Notes: generated by a model from the letters alone, not told the origin. A stretch of 64,000 nucleotides of DNA from Glycera tridactyla (GCA_965644265.1 OZ286461.1:44826001-44890000); one strand, 5' to 3'; shown: positions 45,954 through 59,300, counted from the first letter of the stretch. Translations and numbers: made by a program.

Positions 45954-48900
45954 GTAGGTCTTGGAAAGACATGAAGTCACACAGGCACGCGCGCGTATGC
46001 ACGCACACACGCACGCACACACGCAAACACACATTTGTTGTTGTTGTTGTTGTTGTTGTTGTGGTGTTTGCCTGGATGGCCAGGTTCCTCGACCCGATGG
46101 GGAGTGTACACCTGAAATGAAAAATAGCATGGATTAGTTGTTTGTTGTCATTTTCTGTTTGTTTTTTGGTTTGGTCTATTTGGTCGTTGGTTCTTGGGTG
46201 TTTCCCGCTCTCTTTCCCTCCCCATCTCTCCCCTTCTCTCCCTCTCTCTCACACTCCCCCTCACTCTCCCCCCCCCCTCTCTCTCTCTCTTCAAAAGGTC
46301 GAAAGAAAATTCAGTTCAGGTGTTGTTCAATTTATCTGAGCCCTAGAAGTTTTTCCTACATAAAATCGCATCAATTCTGCCAGACTGGCGACCGTTACCT
46401 CGATTGGGACCCGAAATTACTAATTTTTTGAGGATCTGTTTCTGCTTGTGTGTTCTTGAAAACAATACTAGTTTTACTGGTCGGTTGTAGGTCAGTTTAT
46501 GTGATGTGGTGGGACGGAACGCCCTGTCCTGGGCGTGCCTCTACGGGCAGTCGAAGGAGGTGGCCCTTATGCTGAGGTCGGCTGACCTCGACCTGGACCT
46601 CAACCACCAGGATCACGAAGGACAAACGGCACTCTTTCATGCAGCCACTTCGGGGAACGCAGCAACGGTTAAACTCATGGTACGTACCGAAACTCCCCGG
46701 GGTATAAAGGGTCCAAGAAAGAGATCGCGGGGATCACGGGAATCACCCTGAGTGGATTAAGTCGGCTTCATGCTTCATACGAATATGTTTTGGAGAAGGC
46801 TGATTGGGTCGGAGAGAGACGGTGGTGGCGGTGGTGGCGGCGGCGGCGGTGGTGGTAAGCTTGCGGTGATGATTGTGGAGATAATGGTTATTCTGTTGGC
46901 GAGATGATGATGGTGGCGGCAGTGGTAGAGGTGGTGGTGATTGTATTCATAGTGGTGTTGGGTGGTGTTATTGATGGGTGGTGGTGGGGGGGGGGGGAGC
47001 GTAGTCCTAATGTTGGTGGCTTCGGTGATGGCAGTGGCGGTTGGTGGTGGTGGGGATGATGGTGTTGAGGATGATCGCAAACTCAAATTCAAAACTATTT
47101 CACTTCATTTTTGACACATCTCCATGAGTATGACAAAGATGATGGGGGGGGGGGGGTGAATTTCTACACTTGCTCAGAATTGCATGCTGACTGCAAGGAG
47201 CTTTTAAACTAGGCGTGTATGCCGAATAAAGGATGCCTGGTAACACACATCTCCTCTGCTGGTGAGTGTGAATTTCCACAATCATCCAGTCCACCAGCTG
47301 CTCACTGTGTCGAAATGGCCAGCTTGGGGATATCTTACTCTCAAAACCCAATCATTAAACATGTGAATTTCACTCATGAATCACTAAATCATACAATCAA
47401 ATGGTACAATGCCCAAGATTGAAATGCTTCAACGTATATCCATAATGCGCAATAAAACATCAGTTTAAAATGAACAGAAAAAGGTAGAGATTATTTATAT
47501 CATTAGGGGTGTCAAACCTGATGGCGAGCCAAGATTGATCATGAGCTGGCAAGAAATTTCTAGAAGTAGGAGCCATTTTCATGGAGGATAGACTCATAAA
47601 GAGCTATCCAAGTAATCTATGCAAAGCAGACACGCTTTCACAACAACCATACAAGATTTCATGGAAATTGGAGCAGTTTATCACTTTTAATCGACTACCC
47701 CAAAAAACTGTTAGAATATGTTAAATTTTTTGTCATCTAAACTGCAGTCCCAAACGGGAGTGGTAAGAAGAAGTATGCCTGCAAGGCAGGCATCCATAGA
47801 AATACTCCTATTCAGACTCATTATCGTCCTATGATCCATTGAAAATAGCCAGAAATGTGAAAAAAACAGTTTATGATTTTTGGAAGTTTTTAGGGTGAAT
47901 ATGATGAGAAATTGTTTGGGACAACTATAGGGCTATGGGAGGCTATTTCTTGTATGAAAAGAATTGCCTGAATGTCCATGACCCATCTTTAATTGCCTCG
48001 GTATGTGGCGAGATCATGGAAAAGGGCAGTATTTTGGGCAGTATTTTGCCCATGGATCAATAATTTATCCAAGAATTTCCCTAAGTTTTTCTCAAAAGTT
48101 GAATAACTATGTCGTCTTTTGAATGAAAGCAAAAAATAACCATGTCACCAGCCTGAATCTCGAGAAAATTTAAAAAATGTAGACTTTCTATGGCGATTCC
48201 TTCTAATGTCATCCACACCTTCATGGATTTTCCCTATTATTCTCTCTCACAATTTGCATAAATCTATATATCATTAGATCTCACCAGGCTGGCTTTCTTG
48301 CTGCAAATTGCCAACACACCCACCCAATCAAGTATGAAGAGCTAAATCTTGACCATTTTGCACTCAGTGACCTGAGAAAGCTGGCCTTGAAGTTATTGTC
48401 CAGAAAACATTTTGACACCATGTCCTGCCGTCTAGTGTTTCACTTAAAAGGCTTTAGTTACAAAGTTCTCACCAATAGATGACACAATCTCAGCCCCCAA
48501 ACTCCTTAATGAGAGTTATGATCTTATTGTTCTGCCGATTTACACATGAAGGTGGACGCACTGAAGAAGTACAGTTTGAGTGTGGACGTGCCGAACGTTC
48601 ATGGGTTGACGGCGATGATGCAGGCAATCAAGTTACGTCATGACGTCTGTGCCAGCATTCTGCGCAACCAAGGAGGCGCTGTGGCCGGGGCACAGATGAC
48701 GTCACCGGAAGACGTCATGGAAACAACCAAGTGAGCACATACCCCCAGTTTCAGTCAATAAATCGATCAATTGATCGCTGGATCAATCAATCACACAGTT
48801 CATTCATCCATTTGTTTTGTTTGTTTTAACTCATTATTTCAATTCGCAAAGCTACAATTAAACACAATAGTGTTTTAGGATGACGAGAGAAGAAAGATAA

Positions 48901-51900
48901 GAAAAATACAACATTCAAATACGATTCAATGGTAAATGCAAATGATATATATACAGATGAGACGAAATGCGGTGAGATGGATGAAATGAATGAGATGGTG
49001 TGATTGTGACCCTTTACATAGTTTCATATAGCCTCTGATCTACATTTCTGATTTATAGTTTGCTTGGTTGAAAATTGAGTGACCAGGAGAATTGTGTAAC
49101 ACTTATTTCCCTACAAATACAATATACAGAACATACACTTTCATGGCTGATGCGGAGGTATTCAGCAATTCCATGCAACCACAACTAGCTCGCCGTGGAT
49201 AGATCGAGTTTGCAGCGAGATATCTCACAATTCATACAGCAGTTACTCATTGCAATGGTTGAGACAGTACACTCATGAGTAAATGACGTATGGTTGCGAC
49301 ATTCAGTCAATCAATCTAACAATCAGTCAGTTGTTATGTCAGAGGAATAAACTTTATATACCTACCTTAAAAATATAGATGTCATCAAAGTATAAGTAGA
49401 ACATAAGTATATATGACGCAATTCTATTGCAGTTATCTAAATACCCAGCATACAGAGTCTGCATTACAGTTAACTAGCATTCCTACTCATCTCGGTCCTA
49501 CAATTGACAATTTAGTTGAGCTGACAATCCATCAAATTTGATAATCAATCTATCAATCAATCAATCAATCAATCGATCAATCACCGATTGATTGATCGAG
49601 CCATTGATATGAGATATGAGATATATCATATTGCCATAGACTAATTGACCAACACATTTATTTAAATCTAACTGATTTTAAGCGGTCTTTAAAAGTATCG
49701 TTGTCCAAAGACAGAAAGTCTGGATAGCTGAGAACGTGTTTATTCCAGGCTTTTGCAGCACGATGTCTAAAGTTTCTTTCTGATATCTTATACTTCAACC
49801 GGATAAGCTCAACAACAGGTCTTGGTGTAGAATGGGTGCCATGCATATGACTGACATTGTCTAGTTCACAGATTGGCTTGGATGTGTATGAACCAGAGAG
49901 AACCCTTTTAACGAGTAGAAGATCAAGCTTATTTCTTCGCTCATCCAGGGTCTGAATCTGTAGAACTTGGTGAAGCTTGCATGTGTTATATTGACGTGTC
50001 CGTCCGTCAATATATCTGAGGGCAATATTCTGCAGCTTCTGCAGGCTAAAACTGTCCCTTTGGAATAAACAATTGAAAGTTACATCCCTACAGTCGAACA
50101 GGGGTAGAATCAGTGATTTATACAACATCAATGACGTACTCCTGCTAAAAATTGATCTACCAGTCATTGATGCATCCAGTTGTTCATGTATCTACATATT
50201 CATTCATTCATTCATTCATTCATTCATTCATTCATTCAGTCAGTCAGTCAATCAATTAATCGATCAATCGATCACTATGATCACTGAAATTGACTGTGTA
50301 ATACAGAAAGTATATATCAATGGCTCAGCGCAAAACTAGGCTAACTTCCTATGAACACATGAGGAGTTAGCCTAGTTTCGCGCTGAGCCATCGATATATA
50401 CAAACCAGCACAGGGATTTCAATGTAAATGTACATATGCTACTGTCTATTAGGGTTCAGATCACACACATGAAATTGCACATCAATTTGACATTTGACGG
50501 ATTTTGTTCATTTCTTCAGTCGATGGGCAGTTTCAAGCCACAATGGACCGATCCCTCGTCAGAACGAGAGCAGTATCCCGGATGTACCTAACCACCGAGG
50601 ACACCTACCACCGATCCTTTCTCCAGCCATCGCACAAAGAATCAAACTTCAGGAATCCCGCGCCTACCAGCTTGCCACCTGCCCTGTCCTAGATTCGGAC
50701 GATGAAGATGACCTCTACGGGTCGGAGATGTCCTACTGCTCCGACGCCACTCTCGAGGACCTTCTTAGAGATAAGATCAACAACGGTGGCGCATCGTCGA
50801 GATACGCCAGTAGTCAGTATTCTACGGCGAGTCAACGAACTCGTTGCGTATCGTACAATTCCAGCACCGAAGCCGTCGTTGATTCTTCGTCGGAAGATGA
50901 ATTAGTGAGTGCAATCCTACTCCCAGTGAACTGAAAGGGCTATCAAATGTACCAATCCAAAGATGTATGATAGAATTTGCCGCCAGAGATGGTACCAAAA
51001 AAAACCTTCGACTCATGGACTAAACGTAGTATCAGATCACATGGTCTCCACCTGGCCCGTGGGTCAAAGTTCAGCAGTGTCCTCTGCCAACAGTAGACTA
51101 TTATAACAAGATTATATCCGTCTTTCTGGGGCACTTGGATATTTCACCACGTGGGATTGGCGAGGGATTTCCCTCAAATTTCGCCCTCATATCCCAAGAG
51201 GACGAAATATTTTTGACCAAAAAATATGAATTTGTGGAGTCGGTGAAGTATTCTTGCAATCTATCACACCTGAGTTAGTGGGCCAATCGGCAACTTAATC
51301 AACACACAACTCACAAATTACAGATCTCCAATTACCTGATTATGCATGAAATCTCTCTGAATTATCACCCAACTCCCATGTGCCAATAAGGTAAATTAGA
51401 TGAATAAACATTATCTAACCTTAGGACATGATATTTATTCGCAATGTGCATTTCCCTCAGTATAAGCTTTTCCAGCATTTTTAAGGATGTCTGCCCTGCA
51501 GGCAGCCTTCTTCTTACCACTCTGCTTGGGAATGCAGTTCCGATGACAAAAATTGGAAGAGATTTCAATTGTTTTCAGGGGGCAGGGGGATGAACTTCTT
51601 TGATTCCAATTGAATCTGGCAAGATTGTTGTAAAAGCCTGTCTGCAGTGTATGGATCACTTGGATAGCTCTTTATGAGTCTATTTTTCATGAAAACGGGT
51701 CCTTCTCCAAGAAATTTCATGCCAGTTCATGATCGATGTTGGCTTTCCACCAGGTTTGATACTGCTAATGATATGGATGAACTGCACGTTTTTTGTTCGT
51801 TCCAAGCTGCTGTTTCATTGCATATCATGAGAATAAGTTGAAGCATCTTAATCTTGTATACATTCCTTATATTCACTCTGCCTTTCCCATGCCTGACATT

Positions 51901-53672
51901 CAGATGCATCCAGGGTAGGAGAGAACGCGACATACACGACTATAGTTCATTATTACACTATGGTCGACCTATCCCCGACTGAATTTGCCTCGCATATTAA
52001 CAGAGACGATATTAGGACTTAATGACCTGCAGCAGAGAAGAGCAGAGCGTAGGGTGGTAGTCCAGGCTCTCCATAGAAGGCAGCCACGGATGGGTGTGGG
52101 ACATCCACTTTTGAGTGTTGCAATCGGGGAAGATGTGGCCTAGATGTGGGCATCTCTTTCATCTTAGATCTCTTTCACCCGTCTTGGGCATTTTCCAGCA
52201 AACTTACACCATTGGCAGGACTCTTTCTCTTCACATTTTTCTACCCCTCTGAGCTCTTTCTCAATAATACAGTAAATGGTAAGCGGGTGGCTAACAGTTT
52301 ATAAGCACGGGGCAGTCTTTATCGTAAAGCTGGTTTGACATTAACGGTCCGTGATATGTAAACTCATTGGTTAAGTATTCTCCAATCCAGATGCATTTAC
52401 TTGCTTCGAGTACTGCACTTTGCTCAAAATGAACAGCACGGATATCAGACTTCGGTATCAGCAAGTTCTGGAAGCCATCTTCGGAGTCATCATGTTCATT
52501 TTAGAAAGGTAGAGGGGTGTATGAACTATCAGTTGCCTCCACTTGACAGCATTTGTGATTCCCATCATTTTGTGTTCGGGGTTGGTGAAAGCGATGCCTG
52601 CAGGTGACGGAGCATCTAGCATGGCATACATGCTACTCTGTGTTGATATCTATACCCTCAAACCTCAACCACATCAACCATATCCGTAATACAGAATGTC
52701 AAATGTACTCATTTACAGTTCACAGACGCGAAGTCGAAAACAATCACGGGTGGTCCTGCAGGCGGCGCACTGAAGTCATTTGTTGCGAGCCGTGACTTGG
52801 AGCAGATGTACCGCATATACGAGGATCAGCAGTCTTCATCATACCGTCCCACGGCAGCTCGACCCAGGTTACACAGCAAGCCTACAGACTCTTCTGAGGA
52901 GAATGTTGATCCGCCGGTGAAGATCAAAGAAACAGGTAAAAGTCACCCTGGCACAGCCAATGGCGCACTTCCAAACTGTCAGCTGCGGCCTTGATATTCA
53001 TTTCCGCAGTGAGGGGGGGGGGGGGGGTGAAGAAGAGAAGTGAGTAGGAAGTGGGGAGAAGGGGGATTTAAGGAGAGGGGCAGGAGCATGAAGAAGAGGG
53101 ATGAAGAGAAGGAAGAAGCAGTCGTCAGAGTAAGAGAAAAGATCAGTACCTCCTGGAGCCAATAATTTGGTTAATTCAGTTGAGACCGGGTGCATTATAG
53201 TTTGCCGAGGATGTTGCCAATTGTTTTATATCGGCCTAATGATTGATTCGAATCATTCTTCGGGAGTCAGGGAAGTGAAGTTCTTGATATGTTCCCCACA
53301 TATTTCAAGGAGGGGACCCTGTTCATTGCTGAGGGCTGGACATTGTAAGAGGAAATGAGTTTCATCTTCTACTGTTCCAGGACAGGAACCATCAGTGATT
53401 GTGATATTGTGTTTATTTTCGTTTCAGGTACCCCCAGGAAGAATCGCCCTCATGGTCCCGGTCTTCGCCCGATGGTCTTGAGAAAGCAGCAGAAGCGCAT
53501 TGTGCTGGACCCTGTGGAGCGTGCGAATGCCCCCGGACAGTCGAAGAACCCCCTCACTGATGCCACCATGCAGAAACTCCCCAAAATCCCTGTTGAAACT
53601 ACAGACCAGTCACCGAAACTTGCCAGAAAGTCAACACAAAATAACTGGTTAAAAAACTACTCGATGATATGA
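45690..53672 (+). CDS. ANKRD63: Ankyrin-repeat protein, ANKRD63/ANKRD34-like, 6 coding exons, 492 aa
   Basis: Joining 45690-45953, 46491-46679, 48552-48730, 50520-50904, 52719-52935 and 53428-53672 gives 1479 nt with GT..AG introns and matching phases (0,0,2,0,1). The N-terminal ankyrin repeats (GRCRQTRLLLETGSNVHQADECGQTSLL; GRNALSWAC; GQTALFHAA; LMVDALKKYSLSVDVPNVHGLTAMMQAIKLRHDVCASIL) resemble ANKRD63. The C-terminus is low-complexity and Ser/acidic. The symbol is by recalled similarity; orthology is untested. Confidence 0.85.
46491..46679 (+). CDS. Ankyrin gene coding exon 2
   Basis: ggttgtag|GTC AGT TTA ... CTC ATG|gtacgt; encodes VSLCDVVGRNALSWAC...TVKLM. Confidence 0.92.
47498..47815 (+). 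repeat. Dispersed repeat; inverted partner of 51470-51773
   Basis: Shares atagactcataaagagctatccaagt, gagtggtaagaagaag and other blocks with the reverse complement of 51470-51773. Confidence 0.85.
48552..48730 (+). CDS. Ankyrin gene coding exon 3
   Basis: atgaag|GTG GAC ... ACC AA|gtgag (phase 2). Confidence 0.88.
49658..50167 (-). mobile_element. 5'-truncated CR1/L2-type LINE, ORF2 C-terminal remnant
   Basis: LYKSLILPLFD...LQKLQNIALRYI...LH..L...TL..RR...RNFRHRAAKAWN...FKDRLK is the typical post-RT C-terminal region. A (GATT)n-like tract lies downstream near 49545-49600. Confidence 0.85.
50520..50904 (+). CDS. Ankyrin gene coding exon 4
   Basis: tttcttcag|T CGA TGG ... GAA TTA|gtgagt; open frame, Ser/Asp-rich. 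Confidence 0.88.
51470..51773 (-). repeat. Dispersed repeat; inverted partner of 47498-47815
   Basis: See the 47498-47815 entry. Confidence 0.85.
52719..52935 (+). CDS. Ankyrin gene coding exon 5
   Basis: atttacag|TTC ACA GAC ... GAA ACA G|gtaaaa (phase 1). Confidence 0.85.
53428..53672 (+). CDS. Ankyrin gene coding exon 6 (terminal)
   Basis: cgtttcag|GT ACC CCC ... TCG ATG ATA TGA; the phase matches exon 5. Confidence 0.85.
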
Positions 53673-55021
53673 GGCAGCTCGCTGAAATTACTCTTGAAAA
53701 GTTTCAGTATTCTGTGCACGTCGGATTGTGATGATACTGTAGCCTGGGACTAGCATAGAACCTTTGGTTGGAAAAACAGGAATAATTTTCTGTGGAGAAT
53801 TTGGGCACGATGTAGTTGTAAATATTTCCCTTATAGATAGAACCTCATGATTTCAAGTACAGTATATACGGATTTGGGTTGTTGGCTCTTCATATCTACA
53901 GTGAGTTTCATGGATGATTTTCGAATTCTATGAGTAGATCAGGGGGTTGTTTCACTGTATGTGTAGATGCTAATCCTGTGAGATCCATGGTTTTGAATGC
54001 CATCAAGATATTTCATAATTGGAATAATAATGGAATTTGCATGTCACCAATAGACTGCAAATTCATGAGATCCATCACTATGGAATTCGCATGCTGCCAG
54101 GAGACAGAAAACATCTGTATTCATCTGTTATAATACGATTTGCCTGCGATAAAAAAAACACTTCGAAACTTATGGGATGTATCTATGACTATGGGCAATG
54201 TCCAGCCAAGTGATCGTGTGAGTGGGTACCCCATTACTGGGTTAACGTACTGGTCAAGCTGTCCTGATATACCCCATGTATTGCCGAAACGGATAATCCA
54301 CAACAAGCTAATCTCATTGATGAGCTACTTCAAATTAGTCTTATATTTGTTGACCGTTATTACTGCTGGAGTACAAATATGGTGTGCTATTACATTATTT
54401 TCGTGTTTTGTTTATCTATTAAATTATTTAAAACGCAACTGACAGTTATTTTTTTTACTTTCACTTGATCGAACATTGCTCTATGTAATGGTGGTGGTGG
54501 TGGTGGTGGTGTTGGTGTTGATGTTGGTGGTGGTGGTGGTGGTGGTGCTGGTGGCAGTGCAGGTAGCAGGCAGGCAGGGGTGGAGGAAAGTGGAAAGAGA
54601 GAGGCGAGAAAAGGCGGGACCAAAGTAGACAACAGAAGAGAGNNNNNNNNNNNNNNNNNNNNNNNNNNNNNNNNNNNNNNNNNNNNNNNNNNNNNNNNNN
54701 NNNNNNNNNNNNNNNNNNNNNNNNNNNNNNNNNNNNNNNNNNNNNNNNNNNNNNNNNNNNNNNNNNNNNNNNNNNNNNNNNNNNNNNNNNNNNNNNNNNN
54801 NNNNNNNNNNNNNNNNNNNNNNNNNNNNNNNNNNNNNNNNNNNNNNNNNNNNNNNNNNNNNNNNNNNNNNNNNNNNNNNNNNNNNNNNNNCAACAGCCTC
54901 TCAATGAGCCTTGGAGTATGATCAAACCACGGTTGTGTCGTTTTGGTCCATGCAATTATCCCAGCAAGAATCCTCTCAATGATTTTCAGTAATTTCCAGT
55001 TCTTCTGTTCGTTCTTCCATA

Positions 55022-55246
55022 AGACCAGTCACCGAAACTTGCCAGGAAGTCAACACAAAATAACTGGTTCAATAACTACTCGATGATATGAGGCAGCTCG
55101 CTGAAACTACTCTTGAAAAGTTCCAGTATTTTGTGCACGTCGGATTTTGATACTGTAGCCTGGGACTCAATAGCATAGATTTTGTTGTTGTTGGAAAAAC
55201 AGGAATAATTTTCTGTGGCGAATTTCGGCACGATTGAGTTGTAAAT
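55022..55246 (+). other. Diverged duplicate of the end of ankyrin exon 6 plus proximal 3'UTR; candidate alternative last exon (coding part 55024-55091)
   Basis: Aligns by eye with about 53622-53823, with substitutions and small indels. It is preceded by a pyrimidine tract and AG, and reads (D)QSPKLARKSTQNNWFNNYSMI* in phase 1. Confidence 0.75.
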
Positions 55247-56081
55247 GCTCAAATGATATAGAGCCCAACGGTAGCAGCAATCATAACATTTCAGTGGTCA
55301 CAGTTTGAATGTAGCCGTTACAAATACAGTCGACCTCCACTAAAGACCACCTCCCTTTAAAGACCACCCTGAGCTGTGACCGTGGTAGTATAATCAACAC
55401 TAAATGACCTCCCTATAAAGACCACCTCCCTCTAAAGACCACTTTTTGATGTGACTGAAGGCGGTCTTCATAGAGAGGTTCGACTGTACATTCCACGGCG
55501 GGCCTGTTCAAGCTTGAGCCTTTCTAATCTCCCAGCGGGGTATACAACCACTGACACAGAATTAACTGCATGGACTAAGCACTCTAGAGTCACCATCACT
55601 GCCTATATGCTAAGTACCCATTCACACCTGGGTGAAGTGAAGTGGTGGAGTAGAGAGGTTCCACTCGGTTACCTCCACACAGTGTCTCCTCTGCCATGCG
55701 GCTCACTGGATGGAACTGGATAGAGTCTACGTCATGGCACTACTCCATTCTATGTGGCCTGGCACGATCCAGTTTTGCCAGTAGTGGTGCTAAAGCCAAC
55801 ATTCATGATAGGGTAATCGTCCCCTTCAGATGCTCTGCTATTTGGTTGAAATGGTTGGTCAGGATCTGGGTTTCCGGTCCCGAACTCACCTGGGTTGTCA
55901 ATGAAACTGCATTTGATTGGCTGTACAGAATTTCAAGGCTTTGTGCATACCTTCTTGAGTTAGCCTCAGGACACTGTGAAAGATTGGACATCGGGGCAAG
56001 TGAAACCCTTGAAGGCATTTTTGCAGCTTGGTTGATATAAATTCCGTCCTCGTTCAGAACCTTCTCAAAGGTAGTTGATAG

Positions 56082-56356
56082 CAGGGTTTTCCCTGCAATT
56101 AATTAATAAACTTAGGCGGCCCAACTGAGCCCTTTTCTTCACCACCTAAGCATTTTCTTCTTATACTGCATTACTTAAGCCTTCTTTTTTCAAGAAATGC
56201 AATGTTACCCTTATTCGTTCAGCTATAGTAGGACATTCTTAATCCCATTCACCATAATCATGCTTCTTTCAATCTAGGATTTGGAGACCAAGCATTTCAA
56301 ATTGACGGGATGACCGAGTACCACCTAAGACTCTCAAACAATCGGGGAAAACCCTG
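56082..56356. mobile_element. MITE with CAGGG termini
   Basis: TIR cagggttttccc(t/c)g; the flanks (tgatag and aagtag) are not an exact TSD. Confidence 0.65.
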
Positions 56357-59300
56357 AAGTAGCAAGTCGTTGATGTAATTATCAGGCACTAGCAAATGCT
56401 CAAACGTCTTGGCTGATGTATGGTTCCATGCGTTTTTTGTCTTGTCTGGTGAAGTTTTAGGGGATTGTGTGTCCTTTGTGAAGTCATCAGCGTGAATTTC
56501 AGCTTTGTTCTGCGCTCTTGAAACCGTACATCCAATAGGGGGGGGGGGGGGGGGGGTTACATGAGGGTTGCGATTGCAGTGACGATCACATTATGGAAGG
56601 TGGGTCCCTTTCAACAGTGCCCCCCCCCCCCTGAAATACGAGTTGCTGGTATTTTGGCTTGAAAAGTCAAATTGCACGTCACTGAAAAGTCATGTGGACC
56701 ATTGTATTGCTGCGTTAAGGAAGGTTCAGTCGAATTTCTGTGCGCGGCTAGGCTCTATACTGAACAAAGAAATAGAGACCTGGTAATCTTAAGTCTGTTA
56801 TATGCGATGTTAAGATGAGTGACGTGGTGGGAGGCATCATGACATTCAGAGAGGAAATTTGATTTTCACCGTTGGTACTTTAATGGTCCTCATGGAAAAA
56901 TGTTCATTTTTGAAAGACGGGTGCTGCTGATTTGGAACAGAATGGTTGACACGTGACATCCATTTCGAATATTCTTTTAGAATAATTTTGATGACCTTTC
57001 TCAGAATATGGCTTGTTTTCAAAACCTGTCCAAGATACCATGTTCATAAGTCCCCCCCCCCCATGCCATCTATTCGAATACAGTCGAACCACTCTATAAA
57101 GACCACTCTCGGTCACATCAAAAAGTGGTCTTTATAGGGAGGTGGTCTTTATAGAGAGGTCATTTACTGTTGAAAATACCACCGCGGTCGCAGTTCAGGG
57201 TGGTCTTTATAGAGAGGTGATCTTTAGAGGAGGTTCGACTGTACCTTCATATACATGATGTTAAACCGCGTCTAAGTCATTGCATGAAGTAACATGAAAT
57301 GGCGCTTCTCGTGGGAGCTGCCCCGTACAACGGTACTTCCGAGGAAGTAATGCCTCAAAGTTTAACAATCCCCGTCGAGTTCACATGTGAACCATTAGAA
57401 GATGTAGAAGCCACGGCTCACTTGGTAATCAATGCTATTTTGCATTTCCGAAACAGGCTCTTATTCACGATTCTATATGTATATGCTAGTAACATGTATA
57501 ATGTCCATGTTCTGAAAGCAGCCGCAAAATAAAAAGTGAAAAAGAGAAGTCGAAAAGACGTGCACCACATGAAAGGTGTGAACATAGAGAACATCCATCA
57601 TTTGAAGTCATTTAAAAAAGATCATTATCACATCGTGAAGAATACAAAAGAAGCGTTAGTACCTTACGTGATTTCCATTCCTTCTGCTCTGAGATATCTT
57701 ATATATTTATTATTCGTGGCAATTTCCCCGGGTCAGAAAGGTCTTCTAGAATATAAGAATCGTTGTGTGATATGAAAATTATTACTGCAAAACTTCCAAA
57801 TTGATGGTCAAACAAGAATTATTTCTAAGCGGAATTATTTTAACTTATTTGTCCTAATTAAGTTCAGTTTATATTATCACCTTATATTTTCATGTCATGA
57901 ATAACAATGGTGGTAACAGAATGTGACATATGATCATGAAAGTCGATTTAGCCATTAGCCTGCTGCATCAAAAAGCATTTAAGAATGTATCTATTGAATG
58001 AATGCATTTCCATTTTTGAGCTCAGTAGATCATCACGCAAAATATAGGAGCATGAACTCAAGTCTAGATGACATTGGTGGCGCATTTTGAGACACATTTC
58101 CAACATCAGGAGTTGAACATTAAACATGGGAGTTGAATAGTGGCTAGCTCATGCTAAAGAATGACGTTCTCTGCTCATGGTCACCGATTGCAAAGCCACG
58201 TGGATTTGGCGGGGATATTCAGTTCATAATATTAACGCTAGATGTCACTTGTCGGGCACTTCTCCTTGGCCTCGTTCTGATTGTAAACATTGGCAGAGTC
58301 TGGAAACATTAAGTTGTGGAATGTCGATCGTGCATTTGCTGGGAGTTTTGCCCTTTGTATGAACCACATTCATCGGTTATATGATGTGAGAAGTATTCCC
58401 GTGCGAAACATAGATGACATTGTGAGTATTTATCATACTTTGAGCGAGTTTTATGGGGTTCTAACTTGTCAGATCGTCACTTGAATTTTGTCGCGAGAGT
58501 TCGTGAACCAGCTGAGTGACACCGCTGCTCCAACTCATGCTGGGAGCTCACACGTACTTCGTCAACTGTTCCGGGTGTCCTTCTCGTTGATTTTCACACC
58601 TCACCTAACAGGTGTGAGTGGCAATACTGACAAAAACTTGTTAGCTAGTATTTGTTAAAAAGATTAACGAGATCATGCCTGTACACTGCTCTGTGATTTG
58701 CAAGGTTATACCAGGTGTTGTGTTGTTGATCAGTGTTGATTGGTATCATATTCTCAGGTGTGTATTCCCAGGAGAGTAGCCAGCTGAAGATCACTACTCA
58801 TGTACTTATATCACATAAATATACAAGTCAACCTGAAATTTTTGGTTTATGAAAATGATGAATATATCAGGTGTAGGACATTTCCATATCCACGTCTATG
58901 ACATTCTTGCCTTTGGACCTTGCTGCATGGAGCCTTCTATAGCAGTGACCCACAAACCAAGGATTGCATCAACATGGATCCGATTGTATTCCAATGCTTA
59001 TCATGCCTAGTCATCAACATATTATCAGACCTGTCTACAGAGACCACCCTTGGTCATATTGGAAAATGGTCTTTGTAGACATGTGGCCTTTATGAAGAGG
59101 TTGTTTACTGAGAGGAAAACTCTTGCGGTCACTCCTCATGGAGGCATTTATCAGTTCATATGCAGGTGGCCTTTGTATTGAGGTGGTTTCTCAAGGAGGT
59201 TTGACGGTACAGTAAAACCTGTCTTATGTGAAAAGGCGCAGGACCAAATTTTTCTTTCACTTAAGACAGGATTTTGCTTAGCGCAGGACAATTATAGTGA

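Noticed and set aside
57299-57775. Plus-strand frame open for about 158 codons with one internal stop
   Set aside because: No recognisable homology, start context or splice sites.
58560-58620. ctaacag|gtgtgagt as a possible upstream non-coding exon boundary of the RAPGEF-like gene
   Set aside because: It can be read as either a donor or an acceptor, and cannot be resolved without transcript data.
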